64,000 nt of DNA from Balanoglossus misakiensis (lineage: Eukaryota; Animalia; Hemichordata): the NCBI GenBank assembly GCA_040954595.2, contig CM082592.2:4480735-4544734 (forward strand), written 5' to 3'. Below the pieces are notes generated by a model. It had not been told where the DNA came from and made no database searches. It saw only the letters and a list, made by a program, of their open reading frames with translations. The position numbers were made by a program, and so were the translations under genes. The number at the start of each line of letters is the position of its first letter. The stretch's first letter is position 1. Shown here piece by piece: positions 25,505 through 37,119 of this stretch.

Positions 25505-27333
25505 ATGAACCGAGCTCTGAGCAGACGGTCAGAGCTCAGCGAGCCCGAGATGGATGGCGCCGCCGAGGCGGTGTTGGCCAAACTGCAGCGACAGTACCGC
25601 ATCATGGAGGGCGACCGAAAGGCTTACAGCGAGGAGTCGCAGAACTTGATCCGAAAACAAAAGTAAGTGCACGGTGATATTAAAGGCCGACGATCGTCTT
25701 ATGCGCATGTGCGTAATTCCGTGTGTACAAACATTATTACGTCCAATCCACATGTTCTGCAAATTTTGCGTTCGACTCATTCAAATAGTGGACCGCCTTC
25801 CCTTCTGTCCATATTTCATGCGCACCGCATAAGTAGACTTTTGTTTTGTCCCTTCTTTTCACCCAATTTGCTGTCTTTTTCCGATCGCCGACACAGGCTG
25901 TGGTCGCTGCCATCTTGCCTGTTGTTAGGGCAGCACACTGCTTCATGGCATTGGCTGGATACATTTTTATGTAACCAGGGTCGCTGGTTTGACACATGCG
26001 CATAAGACGATCGTCACCCTTACTGAACACGGGAAATGGCGACCATGTCAAGTTCAAATACAGTTCTCTAAACCACTGGTGATCCCGGCGTCGATCGTGA
26101 CTACGTGCTTTGCACTTCTGAAAAAAAAACACACGGAAATTTGATTCTATTTGCCTTCGGGCAGGTGTGTAAATAAAGGCTCGGGAGATTGAGCTTAATA
26201 AGCTCTCTTCGGATAATAGGAGAATTTCAAAGCTCGAAGCATGCGTCCACCAGCCCTTCCCCACCCCACCCCTTGGGTTGCCCTGGGTTTGCTGTACTGT
26301 GATACCGAATAACCGACCGAAAACTTTCACCCTTGCACAACTTTCAGAGCCGAAATCGAATCGCTGCAGAACGAGAAGGAGGATATCGTCGTAGATTTGA
26401 AACTGGCCCAGGGGAACACGAACGTGAAGAAGGACGATGACAACTCAAAACAACTGGAGATTATAATCCAACGCGAGGATGAGTTCGACGTGCTGGTGGA
26501 CGCCGAAAGAGAGAAGATAGCAGAGCTCGACGCACAGGTAACCATGTCTCGCTACCCAAGATATGTGTTTGCTACCTAGTTGAGGGATGAAAATCACATA
26601 TACTATGGTCGACACGATTTCAATATGGTGTTGTCGAGTGCGCAGGTCTTCTTTTTCCACATGTTTTAATAATTTTAATTGGGTGACAGATTCGAGAGTG
26701 GGAGAAGAAGTTAAGTGAACAGGAGAAGTCGAGCGGCGGCGTGAATTGTGGTCAAGAGAAACACATCGCGACGGAGAAGAAAATCCGCATTCTTGAGAAT
26801 AGATTAGACCAGGTGAGAGCGATTGAGAGAGTTGATGTAGGTCGCGCTGAGGGGCTTATCTTCCCGTGTGACAATCAGCGCACTGATATTGCATTCAGAG
26901 TACCAGGTGTTTCACTGCCATGTTATCAAAATACCACCACCACCACCACCACCACCACAAAAACAACAACTTCAACAATGTATTCCCCTTTACAAAATCT
27001 TTTTATGGCAGGCTACCGTTCGATTCAACAAACTGCTCACGAAGAACGCCGAGCTTCGGTCGAGAATCGACCATCTCCGGCAAGAACGGTCCGTGTTCGA
27101 CTCTCTCCACAAAAGACTGTCGCGTGAACTGAATGACGGCAAGAAAGAAATGATAGCGGTGATTGAAGCGGCTACCCAGGCATACGATGCAAGGTAAGAA
27201 GTCCCGGGGTGAATGACTGATTGCTGATACCTTACTTTGTTACAAAATTCGTTTGATTTAAATTTAGATATCCCCGTTTGGAAGTTGCTTATGGAAAAAT
27301 CACGTGCGACATATATGCATGCCTGCATGTATG

Positions 27334-27368
<35 letters not shown>

Positions 27369-30300
27369 CACATGCACATGCACTAACATACACACGTACA
27401 TACATACACTCTTCTACTACCCACAGCATAATACAACAGTCTGTTTATCAAAATATACTGCAGTGCCTATATGCATAGACCCTAGAGTCTAGGGTCTATG
27501 CTATATGTAACGACCATTTAAACGTTGACACGTGAATTCAAGTCCGGACACACAACTAAGTACTGGGCATCTGGTCCTGGTTTGGTGGGTCACCAAGAAC
27601 GGCTTTGTTTATCTAAAGAACAGAAACTCTCATTGGGGCATTCAATCTATGCTCCCCCTTTTACAGAGATGAAGCCCAATCAAAGATCACGGCGCTGACG
27701 GAAAGAAGTGAAAAGGACCAGCTGCAGTATAACGCAGAATTGAAAGAACTTATGAGGATACTGGATCACGACAAGAAACTCAAAGACTTCATGGCTGTCA
27801 AGTCTCAGGAGAGGAATGAATATAAAGAGGAAGAAGCCGCAAAAAGAAAGAAGAAAGGTAATGGCATGAGCAAAGATTTGCATGGTTTCTTTGATACGGG
27901 TCAAATTCACTGATAGAACTGGGCTCAAAATATCGCGCACAGGACTGAATCTTTCAGTCCAGGCTCAAAACAAATTTATGAGAAACGGTACAATTGTCGA
28001 GGTTCTATTATAGCTGGATATGTGTTCAGTAATGGACAGAATGTTGGCAATTTCACCCAAATTTATTGAAGGCTAATTCGAGTGAATTTATTGAAAGCGG
28101 GTCCAGTCACATCCCTGACAACTTGGGGGTAAAAACAAAGTTTCCGATGGTGGCATTTCGAAGGCTAATTCGAGTGATTCACCGATTGCAGGCAAGGATG
28201 GAGAGAGGGACGACAGCCACAAGGAGACGGTCATCTCTTTCGAGGACGCCTTCGACAGGATCCGCGCGCTCACCGGAGAGGACGACATCGAGGCCATCGT
28301 GCAGAAATTCCTGGAGACCGAAGACAAGAACTTCGCGCTGTACAACTACGTGAACGAGCTCAACAACGAGATCGAACTGCTGCAGGACCAGTGTTCCGCC
28401 GTCAGGACGGACATAGACGGTTTCAAAGCAGAGGGCGTGCAACTGGAACGTCAGCGACAGGTGGTTATGAAGAAACTCGAGGTAAGTAACGGTTACACGC
28501 AGAGAGGACAGAGAGTGGTCTCATATACATCGCACAAAGCACGAAATCAATGTAGTATATATTTCCTTGGTCTTGGGGAGTGCTTTGCCGGGGCACTGTG
28601 TACTATACGTGTTACATTTCGCCGGGAGTCGAACATGGCGGGCGTGTATTGCAACGGGTAGTTAGAAGTGGGCGTATCATAACATTGTAATCTTATCTTC
28701 GGTGACCCAGAAAAAGGGAAGATCGTGACGAAAAGGATGTCAGATCGATAAATCTGAAGATTCTCTTTGTTGTTATTAAAACCCATTAACAAATATTGGG
28801 GTCACCGTGGTAGTTGATGTATTCAGACGTGTGTAAATGTCTTGGCTAATAAATAAAATTGGAGGGACTCTTTTTACCAACACGTTCTCTCGGGACAAAA
28901 ATTATCGACGTTTTTCACAATATTAAGCAAGGTGACACTAAAATTTTACGCTTGTCACCTACTTTCACATGTACATTAACTACATGTACCAAGAGAAATC
29001 CACAGTAACAATACGTTACCGTGACAACTGTATAGCGACACGTTAAGCCTGGCAGGAGACGATATCGAGACAATAAAAAGACTGAAGAAAAAATCCATGT
29101 TGAAAACAACTTTTATATCAATGCTAAGCAGCTTTATTAATCTGGAATACATGATAAACATAATTCATTTTTACTAAATCGTCGGCATACGCCCCAGGTA
29201 ACGAAACGACACATTTATCATATATTTGGAAGTTGGTGGCGCTAGATGTTTCCCACAATCCACTTTGTGTATTCCTTGTTACGAGAGAACCTGAAGACAA
29301 CACTAAAAAGAATTTTGGAATTTCGAATACACACTGAAAGATGCTATGTTTACCCTCTCAGACGTAAAACCACAGGCAGACTCCTCATTATAATGTAATA
29401 TGGTGAAAATTTCAATGTTGCATTTTAAAATTCGGTTTGCTGGGTACCGGGGTTTTCATTTAAAGCTTATATGTGTAAAACCATGACATAATTTGCTCTT
29501 TTGGGCAATTTTGTCATTTTAATAATAATTTTTTTGCATTTAAATGTCATAAACGTTGGTTTGTAGGGTTTTAAGAATGTACTTTTCATTGGTAAACAAA
29601 CTTTCGTCTGTTGTTTAGCCAATCAGGAAGGAAAGTGCTATATCCGACATACTGGATGGATTGGATTCGTTCGGTATTGTTCATTTTAGTAAATAGGTCG
29701 CCCAATAAAAGTGTAAATAAATAAATAAATTCTGTTAAGTACGCAAGTGCAGTCAATTTACCTTCAATGTAAGTAACACGCCTAGTCTTTAATAAAACTG
29801 TGACCGATTTGAGTTAAAGTGGAATATATACACATTTCTGTATTTAATATCGAGGTTTCCTTTCGTCAAGATTTTTTATGCTTCTACGGAATATAATATA
29901 ATATACTATAAAATGCATTTTGTCTGGTTGATGTTATCACTCAACCAGCTGTTTGGCGCAATCGAGGAGTTCTCATGGGCGAAAAATGGTGGGGGAGAGG
30001 TCAGATGGTGAATATCCAAGTCGCTGTGTAAAGGTATACAGTCACCTCCAATTTACACACGCCCATATATGGCTGAAATGGCGTATTTGAGCGTTCTAAA
30101 AAAACATATGGTGGCGCTTTTTTTCGCGTGTACCACTCACTAAAAATATGTGATTGGCTAGATCTCAACATGCCATGGTAATCATAGCTAATTTTCCATA
30201 GATGACCGTATACCTTTAAATGCAGGTGTTATATTATAGCACACTTTGTCTGGTTAACACACTACGGGTTTCCCGAACTAGAAAAGGTAAACTCTCTGGC

Positions 30301-33300
30301 CTGTTCGTTGGACGTCCCGGGAACAGTCTTTAATTGGCGCAGTCGTAGCCCAGCTTCAGCGACATGGTGTCGAAATACACCAATCCGGTCTTGAACTGGA
30401 AGAGGCAGGTGCACACCAGCATGGAGATGACGTTGTCCGGTCCGGCGTCCACCACAATCTGCTGCATGTTCCAATCTTGGGTGCCCGTGGTGAAGTTGGC
30501 GTGGTAGATCCCCTGCAGTTCGCCGTTACCGTTCTAGAAGACAAATAGCAAAAACCAAACAAGTTTATTCAGTATATGTGGTTGTTCCCACTTTATACCA
30601 AAACGTGCTGAGTCATTGAATAGGTACGTCATCAGTGACGCGCTTAGACCACGGCAGAGATGACTGCCAAATTAATAATTCGATGGTGTATTATGTACTA
30701 ACTATCAGAGTTCACGGCATCACAAACGTGTTAGTAAATCAGCGACGGCATTACCATACCGTAGTCATTAATTTGCAAGGCCTGTTTATAATTAGAAGCT
30801 TTATGTTGGAAAAAAACGCCCCAAGGTTATGAATTGACGGAGTGAAAAAGTATTTGAATAGCAGCATTGTGTCATGATTCTATAGCGAATTCTGCTCAGA
30901 TGTACATTATGGAACGAAAACACTGTTGTTTTGCATTTATTAAAGTAAGGAACTATTGGACCTACGGTAGCTCTACACTCCAGGCTGTAATACTTGTTGA
31001 CGCTGCCGCTGACATCCTTGGCTTTGCTCCAGCCTTGGAATATGGCTTCGGTTGGTTCTTCCCTGGTGCATCAATGGAAAGAACGGGGGGAAAGAGTCAA
31101 GTGTTTGTCCTACAAATATGCAGGAAACGTTAGTGCTTGAACCTACCCGATATTGTTCGTTAGATTTGTAAGCAAAATTTGGGAATAGTGACCGAACGTG
31201 TATATAGTAACACGATAATTCGGTCACTATCTATCTGTAGGCCTATATATAGAGGATTAAATTGTTGAAGTCGACTGTGCCTCGAAAATAAAAGTCTTAA
31301 TCTTTCTCTCATATTTTGCTAAAGGCAACTTTAAATTGAGAAGCATGAAATTGGGGATCAACTTATCGTCATTTTTCACTAATTAACTTTTACCATATTG
31401 TTTTCCTGAAATTTTGATCAAGACTTGCAGACGATGGAAAATTATATCTGTTTGGTCTAGAATTAGAGCACAAAATAGGAAAAAATTATAAAAAAAAAAT
31501 TGCACCACATGTGGTCATGTGCGGTCTCTCCGTCACACGGGTACTGCCATGTCGGACTTACCCCGGTTGAAACTGAACCACCTGGTAGGCGCCACCCCTG
31601 GCCTCGCTCGAATCTAGCGCCACCTCGATGGACTTCAGCCCGCTGTGGGCATCGGCGGTGCTGTACGTGTACAACTCCGTGGGTATCGGAAACCAGCCGA
31701 CGCTGGTTTCGTCTTCAAAGTCGGCGTTCGGCAGACTGTAGTCCACCCACGTGCACGGGTCTTCTGCTGTCGGCGTCGCCTCGGGGTAATCACAGTCTGT
31801 CATGAAAAACAACAACACATCGAGTGAAAACGGTCACGAGTTTCGTAATCAAGACAAATTAGATTAAAAACAAAATATCTGAACTCTTAAGATTGCCAAA
31901 AATATAATCCAACGATTTTCATATTCGGGCAAAATATCCACGGCATTCCAATTAATTCATTCATAACATGGTAGACCGTGGAATGTAGCACAGGTGCAAC
32001 CCAAAGACCTTCCTTATGCAACCAGCTATTACGCTACCCAGCTGCAGATGCAGTGCATGGTGATCATTTATAGCCTTGTAGGCCTACAGACTTTTGAGAA
32101 AATACTGGCATTGTCATTTTCATGAAATTTTCATAAAAGTTACCAAAAAGAGGAGCTTTATAAATGATATAAAGAAAACACTTTGTCATCGCCGTGATTG
32201 TTTTTTTGACAGAGCTGTTCAGATATTTTCACCAAATGAAAACTATATCACAAAGCGTGCAAAAAAGTTCGGACGTAGCATTTCACACAATATTTGAGAC
32301 CTCCTAACTGGAAAAAGTAGGATGGGAACACCCTGTATTTAAAATTCACTAATATAACATACAGTATAAAAATCAGGAAAATGACAATATTTTCAATTTA
32401 CAGTAGAACCCCACCAGTAAAACACACATCTCTGTAAACGTCTTACCTCCGTCTTGGGTGAGAACTCCGGAGATGCACAAAAGAAGAAGAAACAGCGCCG
32501 ACGAGAACAACGACAAGAACCTGAGCCGCATGATGGTCGCAGAAATCGTCTCCCGCTTCTTCTGAACGCTCATTTCTCACCCGCTCTTTTTATACCGCGT
32601 ATTAAAACACCGCAACCATATGTCGGAATTTGTGCCATCCATCACCCGTCGCTCGCGTTGCTATTCTGCGTTTAACGGCTCGAAGATGTTGCCATGGTAT
32701 TAAGGGATTCCTTGTACAGTTGAATGTGTGTGACTGATGTCACAATCGGGAAACGTATGCCCGCTCCCCCTCCCTCGACAAAGGAATACAAACAGGCACC
32801 ACGGAACAACTTCAGTGTCTTCGCGACTGCCGCAAACCAGTTAGTGGCATTGATCATGCGTCACTCGCATATCGGCAAAAGTTTCTGTCGATGGGCTGAA
32901 TAGAAGTTTTCAGCATATGTACTAGGCTGAGAAATTATCAAATCAAATCAAATCAAAATCAAATCAAATCAAATCAAATCAAACACCTTTACGTGCACGC
33001 ACTTTTTGAACTATTTCAAAGCTTAAGGAAAGATTGGCGTATTTAAAGTCGCAAAGGGATTATGTACAATGTTCACTATTTTATTAAAGATTGTAAAAAA
33101 TAAATGTTAAAATTGTGGTTTTCCCTCTCAAGTTCTGTCCTCTGCTTTCCCTCAATCTTACACATCGGGAAGTTCGTACAAACAGGAAATGTCTTTTGTT
33201 TCTCTTTCTCTCGTTTACGTTGGTTTCCTTGGCTACCATGGAGGATAGCTTCCAGCGTTTCTTGTATAATTGTTGTCAAGGGGAGTCATCATCCATCTGC

Positions 33301-35649
33301 TGAGTAGAATTACGTTGCGATTATGATGCGTTTGAAGAGCTTTAATTTTTATGACAAGCCATAATATGAATACTCGTCCGGCCTGGGTTATAAAGCCATT
33401 CAAAATTGATGGTTACTATATACTGGGCATGCGTGGGTAGGGAGGTAGTTAGGGGAAGTTGAAGAGCACTTTTAAAGCCTCTAGAGCTGCCACTTTTTGC
33501 ACGTGCGGACGATTGATGTAAGGAGTTTGTTTCGAAAAGAGTGAGTAGTCATGCTCCGCCTGTTGTGCGGCAATGCATATTCAACGGGGTCTCGTTTTGC
33601 ACTGCAGGAGAGAGGGTCGACGGCCTCGAGAGACGCGGACAAGAGCGAGAGGGCGCTGAAAGAAAAAAGCAAAGTCCTGGACCAACTGAAAACCCGCGTG
33701 GAGTCTCTCTTCAGCAAGGTCAACTGTGACAAGACCGCCATCACCGAGTTACTCGGGGGAACTGGGCGAATCACCGACAGGAACCTGATGCAGCATCTTG
33801 GCATCGTTGAGCAGAGAACCAATGAACTGCTTCGACTGAAGCAGTACCTGAAAATGAGGGTAAGGCCGGCCCATCGCTGTCCATGTCTCTCTGGGAGTGC
33901 AAATCTGATTGGCTGGTGACAAAACCAGTAGATTGAATTGGCCAACCAAGGATATCACAGATGGACAAAATGAACAGATAGAGCTTAAAATGCTTAATCT
34001 CAAACCAGGTGTAATATACTCATTGATAATTTAATTATATGGCGTCTTTGTCACGTGCAATAACCTAAACTTCTTGGTGATGCAAATCACCACCAATCCC
34101 AAAAGTGAAAATCACGGAAGTTAGTGTAAGATCCGCACCGGCAGTCGGTCAAAGTTATTATGGTTCCTGATTACTACAATTTTGAAAAATTAAAACAGTC
34201 TCATCACATGGCGTGAGTTTTCTTCTCCAATGTTACACATATGCACACAGACAAGAGGGGCACCAGTCCCTAAAAAAACGACTTCTATATTCTGCAGGAG
34301 ACTATTACCACCGAACCGAAAGCGCAACCACCCGCCCAGCCCCAGAAAACGGCCAGCGTGGCAGCTCCACCGGTGAAAACAACTGCCGCCGCAGGGATCA
34401 CCATCTGCCCACCGCCTACAGGGTAAGTACAGGCATATCAACTTCAATCCTCTCTGCGCGTGTATGGGTGTGTATGACAGTCTGGACACATCTAAACTTT
34501 ACGCATTCAGGTATTCTGCAGCAAGCATTGACAGCTTTTTTACTTTTGAAAATATACTGCCGTGCAAGTGCACTTTGTTTTTGACAAAAACATAAGTGTT
34601 GTGACCCGAAACTGGTAAAAATTAAAACTTTGGGAGTTCTTGAGATCTACATGTACGTAGTGTAACATAAAATGTAAGACATCTTCAGTAAGGCGGGTGG
34701 CCTAAATTAAGTTGACACTTCTGTATGTCCCTGAATTGGTTGCGTAAATTGTAGCGCGCGTGGGGAATCAATTGACGAGAGTGGGCGTGTGGTCTGCGAG
34801 GCAAGTGTGAGAACTATGCTACATTTACGTCTCATCAAGGATATATCACGCGAATGTAGAACCCCCTGGCGTGCTTATTTGACTGTTGTCGAGCTGGGTT
34901 GCCACCAGCAAAAAGTCCGATTTTGGCCCTGTATTGAGCCAAAATAATGCCCATTTTGTAGTAGAACTTATCTTGAAGAATAAACGCACCTTTTCGAGTG
35001 AAGTACAGTTCCAAACGCCAGTCTGGGTGTGATTTATGGAAAAAATTGGACGAGCTGTTGTGACGCACGTGCTATCTCAGTGACAGTTACGTAAGGGGCC
35101 CCCACACGTTTGACACGTTAAAATGAAACTTCTTTGTACTACGTTTTGTATGTTTCTCCGCGCTTGGTGACCATAGTAACACAGCATGGGAAAGCTGGTA
35201 ACATTCAATTGAAACTTCAAAATATCTTGGCCAAGGCAACCTAGCTAAGAAACGCATTTGCGCAGACAAGGTATGATTGCAAACCAATGTAAGAAACATT
35301 GCACATTCTTGAAAATGCAGAATTTGATCGCACAGGGCAAGCTGATAATCATAGAAAATTACTTTAGATTGTTTAAAACTTGAATAAAAATGTTAAATTA
35401 CTGATAATATCCCTGTAACATGAAAATGATATTCACATGTATTTGTCACAATTTTTGTTTTCATTTAATTTCAACAGTGACGAAGAAGACTTCAACGGAG
35501 AGGTTGAGGATACGCGACCTTTGACCCCGGACGAGATCCGGCTCCGCATCATGAAGACAATCGGCCGCAAAGAGGCAGTGGCCAAACGACAACCTGTTGC
35601 CGACAAAAGTCAAGCGCAAAATGGTGGCAGAGCTGACAAAAAGAAGTGA
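25505..35649 (+). CDS. CCDC63: Outer dynein arm docking complex coiled-coil subunit (CCDC63/CCDC114 = ODAD1 family), ~560 aa; exons 25505-25662, 26348-26537, 26690-26812, 27012-27193, 27667-27857, 28192-28481, 33608-33859, 34298-34422, 35478-35649
   Basis: All introns are GT-AG and phase-compatible (1683 nt total). Family motifs: LAKLQRQYRIMEGDRKAYSEESQNLIRKQ, IRILENRLDQATVRFNKLLTKNAELRSRIDHLRQER, EDKNFALYNYVNELNNEIE, ITDRNLMQHLGIVEQRTNELL, DTRPLTPDEIR. AATAAA at ~35763. Cannot separate the vertebrate paralogues CCDC63 and CCDC114. Confidence 0.92.
25684..26020. mobile_element. MITE (~337 bp) with ~28-bp terminal inverted repeats
   Basis: Ends AGGCCGACGATCGTCTTATGCGCATGTG and CACATGCGCATAAGACGATCGTCACCCT. 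Homologous copies at 49705-50037 and 51221-51324. Confidence 0.8.
26933..26958. repeat. (ACC)n microsatellite in an intron
   Basis: Read directly; source of spurious poly-H/T/P ORFs. Confidence 0.9.
27335..27366. repeat. (CA)n microsatellite
   Basis: Read directly from the sequence. Confidence 0.9.
30028..30219. mobile_element. Kolobok-like MITE (TTAA-type flanks, AG...CT termini)
   Basis: Inverted ends TAAAGGTATACAGTCACC and GATGACCGTATACCTTTAA. Related copies at 24728-24862 and 38000-38124. Confidence 0.6.
30330..32531 (-). CDS. Nested antisense gene: secreted ~206-aa protein with a carbohydrate-binding-module-like (CBM4/9, galactose-binding-like) domain; exons 32531-32447, 31796-31562, 31062-30966, 30533-30330
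   Basis: Four GT-AG-bounded exons join to 621 nt in frame. Signal peptide MRLRFLSLFSSALFLLLLCISGVLTQ, then LPNADFE..GW..AHSGLKSIEV..GAYQVV..GWSKAKDVSG..YSL..ANFTTGTQDW..TGLVYFDTMSL. Not present as a single ORF in the track. Confidence 0.85.
32587..32594 (-). promoter_or_regulatory. TATA box of the nested gene
   Basis: TATAAAAA on the minus strand ~55 bp upstream of ATG 32531 (context ACCATCATG). An X-box-like GTTGCCATGGTATT lies at 32688-32701. Confidence 0.6.
32937..32983. repeat. (ATCAA)n pentanucleotide repeat
   Basis: Read directly from the sequence. Confidence 0.9.
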
Positions 35650-37119
35650 AGTGTCGGTGTGGATATCTTCTGAATTTAAAACAAAAACCGGCTTCTTGAA
35701 TCTTCAGTGGCATTCTGGGAGGGGAACATTCAGTGACTGGCTTTGGATGAAGTATTTGGGAAAATAAATAAAACTTGATTTCATTGTACGCACGGCGCTT
35801 TGTCTATTATTACCAGAATTTTAATGACTGTTCTATCTAAAGAGCTGCTCACATGACCACGTCTGCAGTATATTTGTGTTGAACAGTGAACAGCGTAATC
35901 GCTTCCTTTCTTGTATAAGGTGTGCATCGATGATAGTGGTGAGTAGCTCCACCTTAAACAGCTTCAGTGTTTCCACCCGACATCAAAAATATCGAGAAAA
36001 ATCTACAAACAGAAAACTGAGAGTATATCTCTATAATCTCCAGTTTATTGGTTGCCAGGCAGATGGTTAAATGTCTACCCCCTCATCAATTATCCTTTAT
36101 CATCCTTTTCTGAAGCTTCTCTTATAAACCAACAAAGAGCATGTTATGCTGTCGTTTCAAATAAAATCGACTCCTACACAAATCCCAAACTGACAGCCAG
36201 TTATTTCGTTCTTGTGATGTTCACAATAATGATTTAGTGCTCAGGCCAATTTCCTTTGTACGGAAAAAAAATCTATGTTGTCATGCAACGATGTGAGTTG
36301 AGTCACGTCACGACATGTGATCTGAGTTGCAAGTGTATGCTACTTTCTCAGTAGACTATTTATACCCTGAAGAAGGCAGTCTGTGTGTACTGCGGAACTG
36401 TTGGTTTGATAAAGAACATTCAGAAGATAGGAACTGCGGTCGAGCATATTTTTTATATTTTACAATTTATTTCATGATCTTTTCTACATTATAACAACTT
36501 TCCTCTGTGGACCATGAGAAAAATTATACATTTTGACTTCTGCGAATTTGTGACTTTTTACCCGTATCAAACTGTCAGAAGAGGTACTATACCTCTAAAA
36601 CCCTGTAACTTGGCAATCCTATATATTAACACAAGACGACATTTTCAATTTTCTCTGAAATTTGACTGAATTCTACAATCACCAATTGTATTGAACATGA
36701 AATCACTTCCCAGATAAAAATAATCTTTAAAAAAAATTCAAGTCATATCACACCATCAAAAAAAAATCTCATGTAAAAATATTCCACTGTCACAAAGTTG
36801 AAGATTACACACAATTATGTTAATACTTCTGATGCGATCAATCCTTCAAATGAAAGTGAAACACGTTTCTTTGTGATTACATTATTATACGAGTTTGATT
36901 TGTTGGATGTCAAGATATATCAATACTTTGATACTGAGTCCATTGTCCAGGTACAGCATGCTCACATGTGTTGTATATTGCAATGAACGATACCCTCATC
37001 AAAGCCATCTACACTGAACATGCAAATATATGCAAATCACGCAACTCATGTATAAGTGAGTACATGACGTCACCAAGGCTTTGACACGTGACAACAGCCT
37101 GTCATGTTACGATATGCCT

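Noticed and set aside
32532-32573. Upstream in-frame ATG (32573) for the nested gene
   Set aside because: It lies only ~14 bp from the TATA box, so probably upstream of the transcription start. ATG 32531 directly begins the signal peptide.
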